Assembly: GCA_963666215.2 (NCBI GenBank)
Contig: CAXWPL010000004.1
Coordinates: 128,001-192,000, forward strand
Direction: 5' to 3'
Origin: Acidobacteriota bacterium
GTDB taxonomy: Bacteria; Acidobacteriota; UBA890; WLXD01
Length of the DNA: 64,000 nt
The position numbers and the translations under genes are program-made. Position 1 is the stretch's first letter; the number at the start of each line of letters is the position of its first letter. The notes below the pieces were generated by a model. It worked only from the letters and a program-made list of their open reading frames with translations, ran no database searches and had not been told where the DNA came from. Shown one piece after another: positions 45,408-54,750 of this stretch.

Positions 45408-48209
45408 TCAGAAGTTGATCCGCGCCCCGATCCGGAAGACCCGCGGCGGCAGCACCGCGATCGGCGTTCCGAGATTGCCACCGGTGGTCGTGCCCTCCAC
45501 CAGGATGTTGTTGGCATTGAGCGCGTTGAAGCCATCGATCATCGCCTCGACATCGACGTTCCCGAGCCGGAAGGTCTTGGCCAACCTCAGGTCGAGGATG
45601 TTGGTTGCGTCCTGTCGGAACGATCCGTTCTCCTCTACCCGAATGTTGTAGAAGGAGCCGGTGGTCTGATCCGCGACCAGAAGGGTGCGAGCCATGTTGT
45701 TGGCGCGGCCGTCAACGTTACGGCCGCCCGAGTACCGGTACGCGAACCCGAGGTTGATGTCGTACGGCGCCACATAGTAGCCGGAGACGCGACCGTGGAG
45801 CGCCGTGTCGAGCCCGTGGGCACCGTAGGGGAAGATCTCCCGAGTGTTCCGGTCCGAGAAGCCGCCGATGCGGCCGTACTTGTCGGAGATCGTCGCCGAG
45901 GCGGTCACCATCCAAGTTCCGTCGAAGCGACGGGTGTAGATGAAATCGACGCCGTGGTAGCGGTTGTAGTTGTCCTCCTGGTTGGTCAGCGTGGGCACGT
46001 TGTCGGCACCGACGAACGCCGGGTCGATCGACCAGTACTCGACCGTGCTGCTCGTGATCGGATCGACGGCGGTGCTCGGGATGTTCCAGGCCGAGGACGG
46101 GATTCCATCCCAGGTCTGGGCCCAGAGATTGTTGTTCTTTCGGTACGTGAAACGGGCCGAGAGCGAGCTTCGCCGGGTGAGCTCGCGCTCGATCGAGAGG
46201 TTGAACTCGTCGGCGTGCGGACTCCTGAAGTCGTCCGCCATCCGTCGGCTGCTGGTCAGCTCGACGATGCCCGTGGTGTTGAACTCGTCCGGGAAGTCCG
46301 CGACGTCGTTGCCGTTGAGATCGTTCCACGGGGCCGCCGCGCTGGCATTGACCCTACGGATCCCGTAGCTGTGGATGTCAGCGTTGTCGATCCCGAAGTA
46401 GTAGCGTCCGAAGCTGCCCTTGACCACGGTCTGGCCCGTGCCCATGAGGTCCCAGGCAAAGCCGACCCGCGGCGACAAGGTCGTCCAGCCGGCGATGCCG
46501 TCCTGCGGCTCTACTGGCGGCTGCTCCGAGAAGAAGACGCCGATCCAAGGCCCCGTCTGGGCCTTCTGCTCCGGGATGTTGGCGTTGTGTTTCTCGACGC
46601 GGACGCCGAGGTTCAGCGTCAGGTTGCCGATGCGCACATCGTCCTGGACGTAGCCCATCCACACCTGCTGGTAGCTGTTGGCCTCGACCGGGTGGTTGCG
46701 CACGCTCACCCGGAAGGGCACGCCGTCGGCGTACTGGCGCTCCAGCGCGCCGTTCGACGAACTGCGCGTGTAGTAGGAGCTGCGCCGGTGCTCGACCCCG
46801 AACTTCAGGTCGTGCGAGGCGCCCAGCATGTCGTCATTGAACAACGTGTAGTTGGTGCCCATCGTCCACAGGTGGGCAATCGCCCTGAACTCGATTCTCG
46901 CCGCTCCAAACCGGTGTCCCGTGACGACGTCGACGGCCGTCGTGGTATCACCGACTCCTGTCTGGTAGTTCAACGGGAAGGGCGAGTTGCCGTAGCCGAT
47001 GTAGGCGTCCAAGAACCCCGTGTTGCCGAAAACGCGGTTGTACTTGGCCTGCAGCGCGAAGTAGCGGTAGGCTTCGATCCAGGTCGCCTCTGAGGCCACG
47101 AACTGGCCGACGTTTCGGGTCGGCCGGTCGTACCACTGGCGCTCGCCGTACAGCATGACCGTGCTCGCGTCGTCGGGCCGAGCGGTGATCTTCGCGTTGA
47201 CGTTCTTGATCGTCACGCCGTCGGTGCAGGGTACCCCTTCGGGCGTGATGCAGTTGAGCTTGATCGGGAATACGGCGTACGAGCGACCCCCGGTGTAGAA
47301 CCACGCCCTGTCACGCTTGATCGGGCCACCCAGGTTCAGGGTGGCCAGTTTGATGTAGTCCACGCCACCGGCAGAGCTGGTGACGCCGGCCTTGCGGAGA
47401 TCGTCGTCGATATTGCTCGACTGTAGGCTGTCGTTCTCGAGCATGCCCTGGAGCATGCCGTGGAAGTCGTTGCCGCCGTCCCTCACCACGGCGTTGATGA
47501 TGACGCCGCCCTTCGAGTACTCGGCGGTGATGCCGGCGGTCGTGAACTGGATCTCCTCGAAGGCGTCCGTGTTGTAGTAGCCGAGCCCGATCCCGTGCTC
47601 GAACAGCGTCATGTCCATGCCGTTGATGTTGTACTGCTGCTGCTCGCGCTCCGAGCCGTGTACCTCGAAGGCGTCGAGCATGACGCTGCCGCTGCCGCCG
47701 ACGTTCTCACGGTTGGTCTGCATCCCCGGAACCTGCTGGATGTACGACCACACGTCCATCGCCGAGGGAATTTCCTGGAGCTGATCCTCGCCCCAGGTGA
47801 AATCGGAGGAGGAGTTCGCGAGGTCGATGATCGGCGCCTCACCGGTAACGGTGAGGGTCTCCGCGACACCGGCGAGCTCGAGCAGCGCGTCGAACGTCAG
47901 GGTGCTAGCGACGTGGACTCCGATGTCCGCTACCTGAACCGTCCTGAAGCCGGTCAGGGTCACCAGGAGCTCGTACGTGCCCGGGGGCAGACCGGGAAAC
48001 CGATAGATACCCGCGAGCGTCGTCGTCGCCGTCCGAGTCCCTCCCAGGAGCGCCTCGCTGCTCAACGTCACCGTGACCCCGGGCAGTGCCGCCCCGTCAG
48101 GATCTGTAATGATCCCTCGGATGGCTCCGGTATCCCGGCCTTGCGCGAGCGCCACGCTCGCGACACTGAGAATGAGCAAACAACAGAACAAGCATCGGGC
48201 CGTTCGCAT
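45408..48209 (-). CDS. TonB-dependent receptor, paralog 2 (duplicate of 50954-53755)
   Basis: Same motifs as TBDR1; C-terminal GARINF. Start MRTARC behind GGGGAGG. Confidence 0.88.
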   Translation of the reverse strand: MRTARCLFCCLLILSVASVALAQGRDTGAIRGIITDPDGAALPGVTVTLSSEALLGGTRTATTTLAGIYRFPGLPPGTYELLVTLTGFRTVQVADIGVHVASTLTFDALLELAGVAETLTVTGEAPIIDLANSSSDFTWGEDQLQEIPSAMDVWSYIQQVPGMQTNRENVGGSGSVMLDAFEVHGSEREQQQYNINGMDMTLFEHGIGLGYYNTDAFEEIQFTTAGITAEYSKGGVIINAVVRDGGNDFHGMLQGMLENDSLQSSNIDDDLRKAGVTSSAGGVDYIKLATLNLGGPIKRDRAWFYTGGRSYAVFPIKLNCITPEGVPCTDGVTIKNVNAKITARPDDASTVMLYGERQWYDRPTRNVGQFVASEATWIEAYRYFALQAKYNRVFGNTGFLDAYIGYGNSPFPLNYQTGVGDTTTAVDVVTGHRFGAARIEFRAIAHLWTMGTNYTLFNDDMLGASHDLKFGVEHRRSSYYTRSSSNGALERQYADGVPFRVSVRNHPVEANSYQQVWMGYVQDDVRIGNLTLNLGVRVEKHNANIPEQKAQTGPWIGVFFSEQPPVEPQDGIAGWTTLSPRVGFAWDLMGTGQTVVKGSFGRYYFGIDNADIHSYGIRRVNASAAAPWNDLNGNDVADFPDEFNTTGIVELTSSRRMADDFRSPHADEFNLSIERELTRRSSLSARFTYRKNNNLWAQTWDGIPSSAWNIPSTAVDPITSSTVEYWSIDPAFVGADNVPTLTNQEDNYNRYHGVDFIYTRRFDGTWMVTASATISDKYGRIGGFSDRNTREIFPYGAHGLDTALHGRVSGYYVAPYDINLGFAYRYSGGRNVDGRANNMARTLLVADQTTGSFYNIRVEENGSFRQDATNILDLRLAKTFRLGNVDVEAMIDGFNALNANNILVEGTTTGGNLGTPIAVLPPRVFRIGARINF

Positions 48210-48589
48210 CTGGGGCCTCCCCCGCAGTAGATCCCCAGCGAGCCCGAGACGGCCGTCCGCGATCCCAGGCATGCCAGGGTAATAATTAGTCAAAGGTGTT
48301 TTACTAACTCGTCAGTCAACAACTGCAAGTCGTGTGCCCGGACACCATCGCCGCGAAGTTGCTCGAAAATTACGTGAAGTCGTAGATATGAGACGTAAAT
48401 CTACGTAATTACGGGGAAGACGAAGGTTTCTCTATGTAGCAACTGGCCGCAAGAATTCAATTAATTGAACAATGGTTTCAAAAGGCCGAAGAGAACAGGT
48501 CCTCTTGTCAAGCGATCGGCTCCGAATTCATGCCGTCGCGCTAACCAACGGCGATGGTTCATCCATCGACGGTTTCAGGGGTCGGACCC

Positions 48590-50767
48590 CTACTCGCCGC
48601 GACGTAGGTGTTCGTCGAAGAACCGTTCCATCTTCCCGAAGGCGTCGACCCAGCTCCGCTTGCGGCCGAAGAAGTGAGGCTCGCCCGGGTAAACCTCGAA
48701 CTCGAACCGCTTGCCCCGTTGCAACATCTCGTCGACCAGCTTGATCGACTGCAGGAAGTTCACGTGGACATCCGCCGTGCCCTGCACGGTCAGCACGGGC
48801 GCCTGGAGATCGTCGAGGAAATTCAACGCTGAGGCGTTGAAGTAGGCCTCGGGATTCTGCTCGGGCGTTCCCAGGCGAGCGTACATCCAGCCGTTGCGGA
48901 CGTCCCATGGCCCTCCCTCCATCTCGAAGTCGAGAACACCCGCGACGTTGATTCCGGCGGCAAACACCTCCGGGTACTTCGACAGCAGCGTCAGGACCAT
49001 GTGGCCGCCGTAGCTCATCCCATGTACGCCCACGCGATCGGTGTCGACGAACCCGAGCCCCGCGAGGTAGTTCACCCCTTCGACCGCGTCTGCAGCGTCA
49101 CCGACGCCGACGTCCAGGTAGTTGGCGGTGCGGAAGTCCCGGCCGTAGCCGTAGCTGCCCCGGAAGTCGACGTTGAGAACGACGTAGCCGCGGTCGGCGA
49201 GTCGCTGGTGCCAGCCGTACCAGGCGACGTTGTCCTTCTGCGGCCCCGAACCCACGAAGACCTCCTGGTAGATCGCCGCCTGGTGGACGTGGACGATCGC
49301 CGGATAGGAGCCATCCGGATCGAACGACCGCGGTCGGAACAGCTGGGCGCGGATCGGCACGCCCTCGTGACCGGGGTAGCTGACGATCTCCGGGCTCTTC
49401 CAGTCGTAGGCATGCAGCTCGGGTGTCATGGAGTCGGTGAGCTGCACGGCCTCGGCAGCCGCAGCGGTTTCCGTTACCCACAGGTCGGGCAGGCGCGACG
49501 AGTCGGAATGTACGAACGCGATTCTCTCGCCGTCGGGAGACAAGCGAGCCGTGGTGTTGTTACCGGCCAGATCTGTCAGCTGGGTACGCTGGCCGCCATC
49601 GGCGCTGACCGAGTAGAGCTGCCGTCCCTCGGTTCCGGCCTCCGTGGAGACGAAGTAGATGGTCCCGCCATCCGGTGACCAGGCCGGGAAGCTGACCTCG
49701 AAGGGACCGGTCGTCACCTGGACCGCCTCGCCACCCTCCGCCGGCACCAAGTAGACGTGGTTCCAGCCGTCTTCGTCGCTGGTGTACAGCACCCTGGCGC
49801 CGTCAGGCGAAAAGGCAACGACCCGGTCTCGGCCGTTCAGGTAGCGATCATCATGCTGGGTCGCGAGAGTGGCGAGGACATTGCCGCGAAGATCGACGCG
49901 ATGAAGCGAACGATCCTTGACGTTGATGGAAGTGCGCTGGACGACGAGGCTCGCACCGTCCGGTGCCCAGGCCATGACCCCTTCGCGCTCGGGTGACGCG
50001 AGCAGCGTCCGAACCTCACCCGTTCGCGTCGACACGATCGCCGCGTCACGCTGGCCGCCTCGTGTTCGTCGAAAGACGAGCAATGGACCCGAGTAGGGGG
50101 GTGAGTAGTCGAGCCGCACCGACGGATCGCCGACGCTGCCAGCGATCCACTCCCCCGCGGGCGCCCAGCTCCCGAGGCTCATGCGCCCGATCTGGCCGCG
50201 GCTCGACTCGGCACCATCGTCGAGACCGAGGAGAACCAGCTCCCCCCCGCGCCTGAACGCGACGCTATCTCCATCCGGGGAGACGAGAGCCGACCCTTCA
50301 CGAGCCTCGGTCTCGGTGAGGTTGCGCGTGCCCCCCTCCGGCACCGACGCCAGAAACAGGTCGCCGTCGTCCGCGTAGACGATGCCGCTGCCGTCGGGAA
50401 GCCACTCGCCGAAGCTCCCGGAGCTGTTCCACGTCGACCCGCCGAGAAAACCGTCCGACTGCGTCAGCGCGACTGGCGGCCCGCCGTCGACGGGCACGAC
50501 GTAGAGATCCTGGGTGCGCCAGTCGGTCCATAGAAAGGACACGTGGCCACTGTCGGGCGAGAAGTTGGGCCGGGAGGGCCAGAGAGCGTCCAGATAGTCG
50601 CCCATGGACAGGGTGTCATCGGTGGGGGCCGCCGGATCATTGCCGCTAGTGCCCCACGGATCGCCACTGCAGGCCGTCACGGAGACGACGAGAAGCGCGG
50701 CGGTGCTGATCGCTCGTCCCGCTCGCCGTTGCCGTGGGCCCGAGCCGGTCCGGTCGTCACTGGTCAT
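48590..50767 (-). CDS. S9-family (DPP-IV/acylaminoacyl) serine peptidase, lipoprotein
   Basis: Lipobox VSVTAC; SPDG propeller repeats; DFRGSYGYG; GMSYGG (Ser); GTADVHV (Asp); PGEPH (His). Confidence 0.92.
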   Translation of the reverse strand: MTSDDRTGSGPRQRRAGRAISTAALLVVSVTACSGDPWGTSGNDPAAPTDDTLSMGDYLDALWPSRPNFSPDSGHVSFLWTDWRTQDLYVVPVDGGPPVALTQSDGFLGGSTWNSSGSFGEWLPDGSGIVYADDGDLFLASVPEGGTRNLTETEAREGSALVSPDGDSVAFRRGGELVLLGLDDGAESSRGQIGRMSLGSWAPAGEWIAGSVGDPSVRLDYSPPYSGPLLVFRRTRGGQRDAAIVSTRTGEVRTLLASPEREGVMAWAPDGASLVVQRTSINVKDRSLHRVDLRGNVLATLATQHDDRYLNGRDRVVAFSPDGARVLYTSDEDGWNHVYLVPAEGGEAVQVTTGPFEVSFPAWSPDGGTIYFVSTEAGTEGRQLYSVSADGGQRTQLTDLAGNNTTARLSPDGERIAFVHSDSSRLPDLWVTETAAAAEAVQLTDSMTPELHAYDWKSPEIVSYPGHEGVPIRAQLFRPRSFDPDGSYPAIVHVHQAAIYQEVFVGSGPQKDNVAWYGWHQRLADRGYVVLNVDFRGSYGYGRDFRTANYLDVGVGDAADAVEGVNYLAGLGFVDTDRVGVHGMSYGGHMVLTLLSKYPEVFAAGINVAGVLDFEMEGGPWDVRNGWMYARLGTPEQNPEAYFNASALNFLDDLQAPVLTVQGTADVHVNFLQSIKLVDEMLQRGKRFEFEVYPGEPHFFGRKRSWVDAFGKMERFFDEHLRRGE

Positions 50768-50887
50768 CCTGCTACCTCCGTTGCCAACACGCGTGCGAGT
50801 CCGCTCGGGCGTCGACCGCTAGACCGTGCGCCGCGACACGCTGGTCGCCCTGCGCGCCCGCGTGGCCCGAATCGCCCTGGAAAACGT

Positions 50888-50930
50888 CAAGGGCGGTGGC
50901 GACCGGGCGACCGGCTCGCCACTGCCCTTG
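50888..50930 (-). terminator. Strong hairpin just downstream of the TBDR (also at 45342-45384)
   Basis: CAAGGGCGGTGGCGA-13nt-TCGCCACTGCCCTTG. Confidence 0.55.
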
Positions 50931-50953
50931 CGGCTCAGTCGAGGCGAGGCGCC

Positions 50954-53755
50954 TCAGAAGTTGATCCGCGCCCCGATCCGGAAGACCCGCGGCGGCAGCA
51001 CCGCGATCGGCGTTCCGAGATTGCCACCGGTGGTCGTGCCCTCCACCAGGATGTTGTTGGCATTGAGCGCGTTGAAGCCATCGATCATCGCCTCGACATC
51101 GACGTTCCCGACCCGGAAGGTCTTGGCCAACCTCAGGTCGAGGATGTTGGTTGCGTCCTGTCGGAACGATCCGTTCTCCTCTACCCGAATGTTGTAGAAG
51201 GAGCCGGTGGTCTGATCCGCGACCAGAAGGGTGCGAGCCATGTTGTTGGCGCGGCCGTCAACGTTACGGCCGCCCGAGTACCGGTACGCGAACCCGAGGT
51301 TGATGTCGTACGGCGCCACATAGTAGCCGGAGACGCGACCGTGGAGCGCCGTGTCGAGCCCGTGGGCACCGTAGGGGAAGATCTCCCGAGTGTTCCGGTC
51401 CGAGAAGCCGCCGATGCGGCCGTACTTGTCGGAGATCGTCGCCGAGGCGGTCACCATCCAAGTTCCGTCGAAGCGACGGGTGTAGATGAAATCGACGCCG
51501 TGGTAGCGGTTGTAGTTGTCCTCCTGGTTGGTCAGCGTGGGCACGTTGTCGGCACCGACGAACGCCGGGTCGATCGACCAGTACTCGACCGTGCTGCTCG
51601 TGATCGGATCGACGGCGGTGCTCGGGATGTTCCAGGCCGAGGACGGGATTCCATCCCAGGTCTGGGCCCAGAGATTGTTGTTCTTTCGGTACGTGAAACG
51701 GGCCGAGAGCGAGCTTCGCCGGGTGAGCTCGCGCTCGATCGAGAGGTTGAACTCGTCGGCGTGCGGACTCCTGAAGTCGTCCGCCATCCGTCGGCTGCTG
51801 GTCAGCTCGACGATGCCCGTGGTGTTGAACTCGTCCGGGAAGTCCGCGACGTCGTTGCCGTTGAGATCGTTCCACGGGGCCGCCGCGCTGGCATTGACCC
51901 TACGGATCCCGTAGCTGTGGATGTCAGCGTTGTCGATCCCGAAGTAGTAGCGTCCGAAGCTGCCCTTGACCACGGTCTGGCCCGTGCCCATGAGGTCCCA
52001 GGCAAAGCCGACCCGCGGCGACAAGGTCGTCCAGCCGGCGATGCCGTCCTGCGGCTCTACTGGCGGCTGCTCCGAGAAGAAGACGCCGATCCAAGGCCCC
52101 GTCTGGGCCTTCTGCTCCGGGATGTTGGCGTTGTGTTTCTCGACGCGGACGCCGAGGTTCAGCGTCAGGTTGCCGATGCGCACATCGTCCTGGACGTAGC
52201 CCATCCACACCTGCTGGTAGCTGTTGGCCTCGACCGGGTGGTTGCGCACGCTCACCCGGAAGGGCACGCCGTCGGCGTACTGGCGCTCCAGCGCGCCGTT
52301 CGACGAACTGCGCGTGTAGTAGGAGCTGCGCCGGTGCTCGACCCCGAACTTCAGGTCGTGCGAGGCGCCCAGCATGTCGTCATTGAACAACGTGTAGTTG
52401 GTGCCCATCGTCCACAGGTGGGCAATCGCCCTGAACTCGATTCTCGCCGCTCCAAACCGGTGTCCCGTGACGACGTCGACGGCCGTCGTGGTATCACCGA
52501 CTCCTGTCTGGTAGTTCAACGGGAAGGGCGAGTTGCCGTAGCCGATGTAGGCGTCCAAGAACCCCGTGTTGCCGAAAACGCGGTTGTACTTGGCCTGCAG
52601 CGCGAAGTAGCGGTAGGCTTCGATCCAGGTCGCCTCTGAGGCCACGAACTGGCCGACGTTTCGGGTCGGCCGGTCGTACCACTGGCGCTCGCCGTACAGC
52701 ATGACCGTGCTCGCGTCGTCGGGCCGAGCGGTGATCTTCGCGTTGACGTTCTTGATCGTCACGCCGTCGGTGCAGGGTACCCCTTCGGGCGTGATGCAGT
52801 TGAGCTTGATCGGGAATACGGCGTACGAGCGACCCCCGGTGTAGAACCACGCCCTGTCACGCTTGATCGGGCCACCCAGGTTCAGGGTGGCCAGTTTGAT
52901 GTAGTCCACGCCACCGGCAGAGCTGGTGACGCCGGCCTTGCGGAGATCGTCGTCGATATTGCTCGACTGTAGGCTGTCGTTCTCGAGCATGCCCTGGAGC
53001 ATGCCGTGGAAGTCGTTGCCGCCGTCCCTCACCACGGCGTTGATGATGACGCCGCCCTTCGAGTACTCGGCGGTGATGCCGGCGGTCGTGAACTGGATCT
53101 CCTCGAAGGCGTCCGTGTTGTAGTAGCCGAGCCCGATCCCGTGCTCGAACAGCGTCATGTCCATGCCGTTGATGTTGTACTGCTGCTGCTCGCGCTCCGA
53201 GCCGTGTACCTCGAAGGCGTCGAGCATGACGCTGCCGCTGCCGCCGACGTTCTCACGGTTGGTCTGCATCCCCGGAACCTGCTGGATGTACGACCACACG
53301 TCCATCGCCGAGGGAATTTCCTGGAGCTGATCCTCGCCCCAGGTGAAATCGGAGGAGGAGTTCGCGAGGTCGATGATCGGCGCCTCACCGGTAACGGTGA
53401 GGGTCTCCGCGACACCGGCGAGCTCGAGCAGCGCGTCGAACGTCAGGGTGCTAGCGACGTGGACTCCGATGTCCGCTACCTGAACCGTCCTGAAGCCGGT
53501 CAGGGTCACCAGGAGCTCGTACGTGCCCGGGGGCAGACCGGGAAACCGATAGATACCCGCGAGCGTCGTCGTCGCCGTCCGAGTCCCTCCCAGGAGCGCC
53601 TCGCTGCTCAACGTCACCGTGACCCCGGGCAGTGCCGCCCCGTCAGGATCTGTAATGATCCCTCGGATGGCTCCGGTATCCCGGCCTTGCGCGAGCGCCA
53701 CGCTCGCGACACTGAGAATGAGCAAACAACAGAACAAGCATCGGGCCGTTCGCAT
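50954..53755 (-). CDS. TonB-dependent receptor, paralog 3
   Basis: Same as TBDR2 apart from one residue (FRVGN vs FRLGN). Confidence 0.9.
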   Translation of the reverse strand: MRTARCLFCCLLILSVASVALAQGRDTGAIRGIITDPDGAALPGVTVTLSSEALLGGTRTATTTLAGIYRFPGLPPGTYELLVTLTGFRTVQVADIGVHVASTLTFDALLELAGVAETLTVTGEAPIIDLANSSSDFTWGEDQLQEIPSAMDVWSYIQQVPGMQTNRENVGGSGSVMLDAFEVHGSEREQQQYNINGMDMTLFEHGIGLGYYNTDAFEEIQFTTAGITAEYSKGGVIINAVVRDGGNDFHGMLQGMLENDSLQSSNIDDDLRKAGVTSSAGGVDYIKLATLNLGGPIKRDRAWFYTGGRSYAVFPIKLNCITPEGVPCTDGVTIKNVNAKITARPDDASTVMLYGERQWYDRPTRNVGQFVASEATWIEAYRYFALQAKYNRVFGNTGFLDAYIGYGNSPFPLNYQTGVGDTTTAVDVVTGHRFGAARIEFRAIAHLWTMGTNYTLFNDDMLGASHDLKFGVEHRRSSYYTRSSSNGALERQYADGVPFRVSVRNHPVEANSYQQVWMGYVQDDVRIGNLTLNLGVRVEKHNANIPEQKAQTGPWIGVFFSEQPPVEPQDGIAGWTTLSPRVGFAWDLMGTGQTVVKGSFGRYYFGIDNADIHSYGIRRVNASAAAPWNDLNGNDVADFPDEFNTTGIVELTSSRRMADDFRSPHADEFNLSIERELTRRSSLSARFTYRKNNNLWAQTWDGIPSSAWNIPSTAVDPITSSTVEYWSIDPAFVGADNVPTLTNQEDNYNRYHGVDFIYTRRFDGTWMVTASATISDKYGRIGGFSDRNTREIFPYGAHGLDTALHGRVSGYYVAPYDINLGFAYRYSGGRNVDGRANNMARTLLVADQTTGSFYNIRVEENGSFRQDATNILDLRLAKTFRVGNVDVEAMIDGFNALNANNILVEGTTTGGNLGTPIAVLPPRVFRIGARINF

Positions 53756-53843
53756 CTGGGGCCTCCCCCGCAGTAGATCCCCAGCGAGCCCGAGACGGCC
53801 GTCCGCGATCCCAGGCATGCCAGGGTAATAATTAGTCAAAGGT

Positions 53844-53923
53844 GTTTTACTGACTCGTTAGTCTATGTGTCAAGAGGAGTGGCCCAAGTTGCGCATTTCT
53901 GATAGAAAATTGACCGGTCGGTC
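53844..53923. promoter_or_regulatory. Divergent control region: TTGACA-18-TAAAAC (minus) with operators TACTGACTCGTTAGTC (53848-53863) and AATTGACCGGTCGGTC (53908-53923)
   Basis: Both sites match TACTGACCGGTCAGTA at 12/16. Confidence 0.55.
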
Positions 53924-53982
53924 GATTTTTCTTGACCTTGGCCGCCGGGACGGCCCTCTTTCGTTCACAGCGAGCACAGCCG

Positions 53983-54750
53983 ATGCGATCTGAGCTTCTT
54001 CAGGGCAAGACGGCGCTGATCACTGGCGGCGCTCGTGGAATCGGCCAGGCCGTTGCGAGACGCTTCAGTGCGGAGGGCGCGACGGTTGCTCTGATCGATC
54101 TGCCCGCCTCCAAGCTTGCCGAGACCGCCCGGGAATTGCAGGCATCGAACGGCGCCACGGTCCACGCCATCGAGGCGGACCTCCGGAACATCGACAACCT
54201 CTGTGGAGCGGTTGCGGAGACCGTCGAGCGACTCGGCAGGATCGACGTACTCGTGAACAACGCCGGCATCGCGCCGGAGCTGCCTTTCCTCGAGACCGGT
54301 CCCGAGCAATACGACCAGATCATGGCGGTAAACGCCCGTGGTTCCTTCTTTTGCGCCCAGCAGGTCGCACGGCACATGATCGGCAACGGCGGCGGCAGCA
54401 TCGTGCAGATCGCGTCGATCTGTGCGTTTCCGGCCGGCGCGCTCCGGAACTATGCCGCCTACAACATGTCGAAGGCAGCGGTCCGCCAGATGGCCGCAAG
54501 CCTGGCCAACGAGCTCGCCCGTCACTCCATTCGAGTCAACGCTGTCGCCCCTGGCAGCATCGACACCGAGTTGACGCGCAGCCTTCTGCCAACGTCCAAG
54601 AAGCAGGAGGAGGTGGTGCGGACAATCCCGATGAGGCGGCTGGGGCAGCCTCGAGAGATCGCCGCCGCCTGCGCCTTTCTCGCCTCCGACGAGGCCAGCT
54701 ACATCACCGGGGAGACACTGCTTGTCGACGGCGGCTGGCGGGTCACGTGA
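53983..54750 (+). CDS. Short-chain dehydrogenase/reductase
   Basis: TGGARGIG; NNAG; YNMSK; VNAVAPG; VDGG. Confidence 0.9.
   Translation: MRSELLQGKTALITGGARGIGQAVARRFSAEGATVALIDLPASKLAETARELQASNGATVHAIEADLRNIDNLCGAVAETVERLGRIDVLVNNAGIAPELPFLETGPEQYDQIMAVNARGSFFCAQQVARHMIGNGGGSIVQIASICAFPAGALRNYAAYNMSKAAVRQMAASLANELARHSIRVNAVAPGSIDTELTRSLLPTSKKQEEVVRTIPMRRLGQPREIAAACAFLASDEASYITGETLLVDGGWRVT

Larger units (their letters stand above)
44475..48305. repeat. Copy A of a direct duplication (copy B = 48498-53851), with a net 1523-bp internal deletion
   Basis: Offset is 4023 before the junction at about 44930 and 5546 after it. The ORF translations are identical except for one substitution (45566 G vs 51112 C). 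Confidence 0.95.
48498..53851. repeat. Copy B (intact) of the S9+TBDR duplication
   Basis: See copy A. Confidence 0.95.

Noticed and set aside
48590-50767. S9 plus TBDR as a lasso-peptide (isopeptidase) or other RiPP cluster
   Set aside because: No precursor peptide, lasso cyclase, B protein or other RiPP maturase is in the window.
44475-53851. Duplication as a transposon or IS-mediated event
   Set aside because: No transposase, terminal inverted repeats or target-site duplication is visible.
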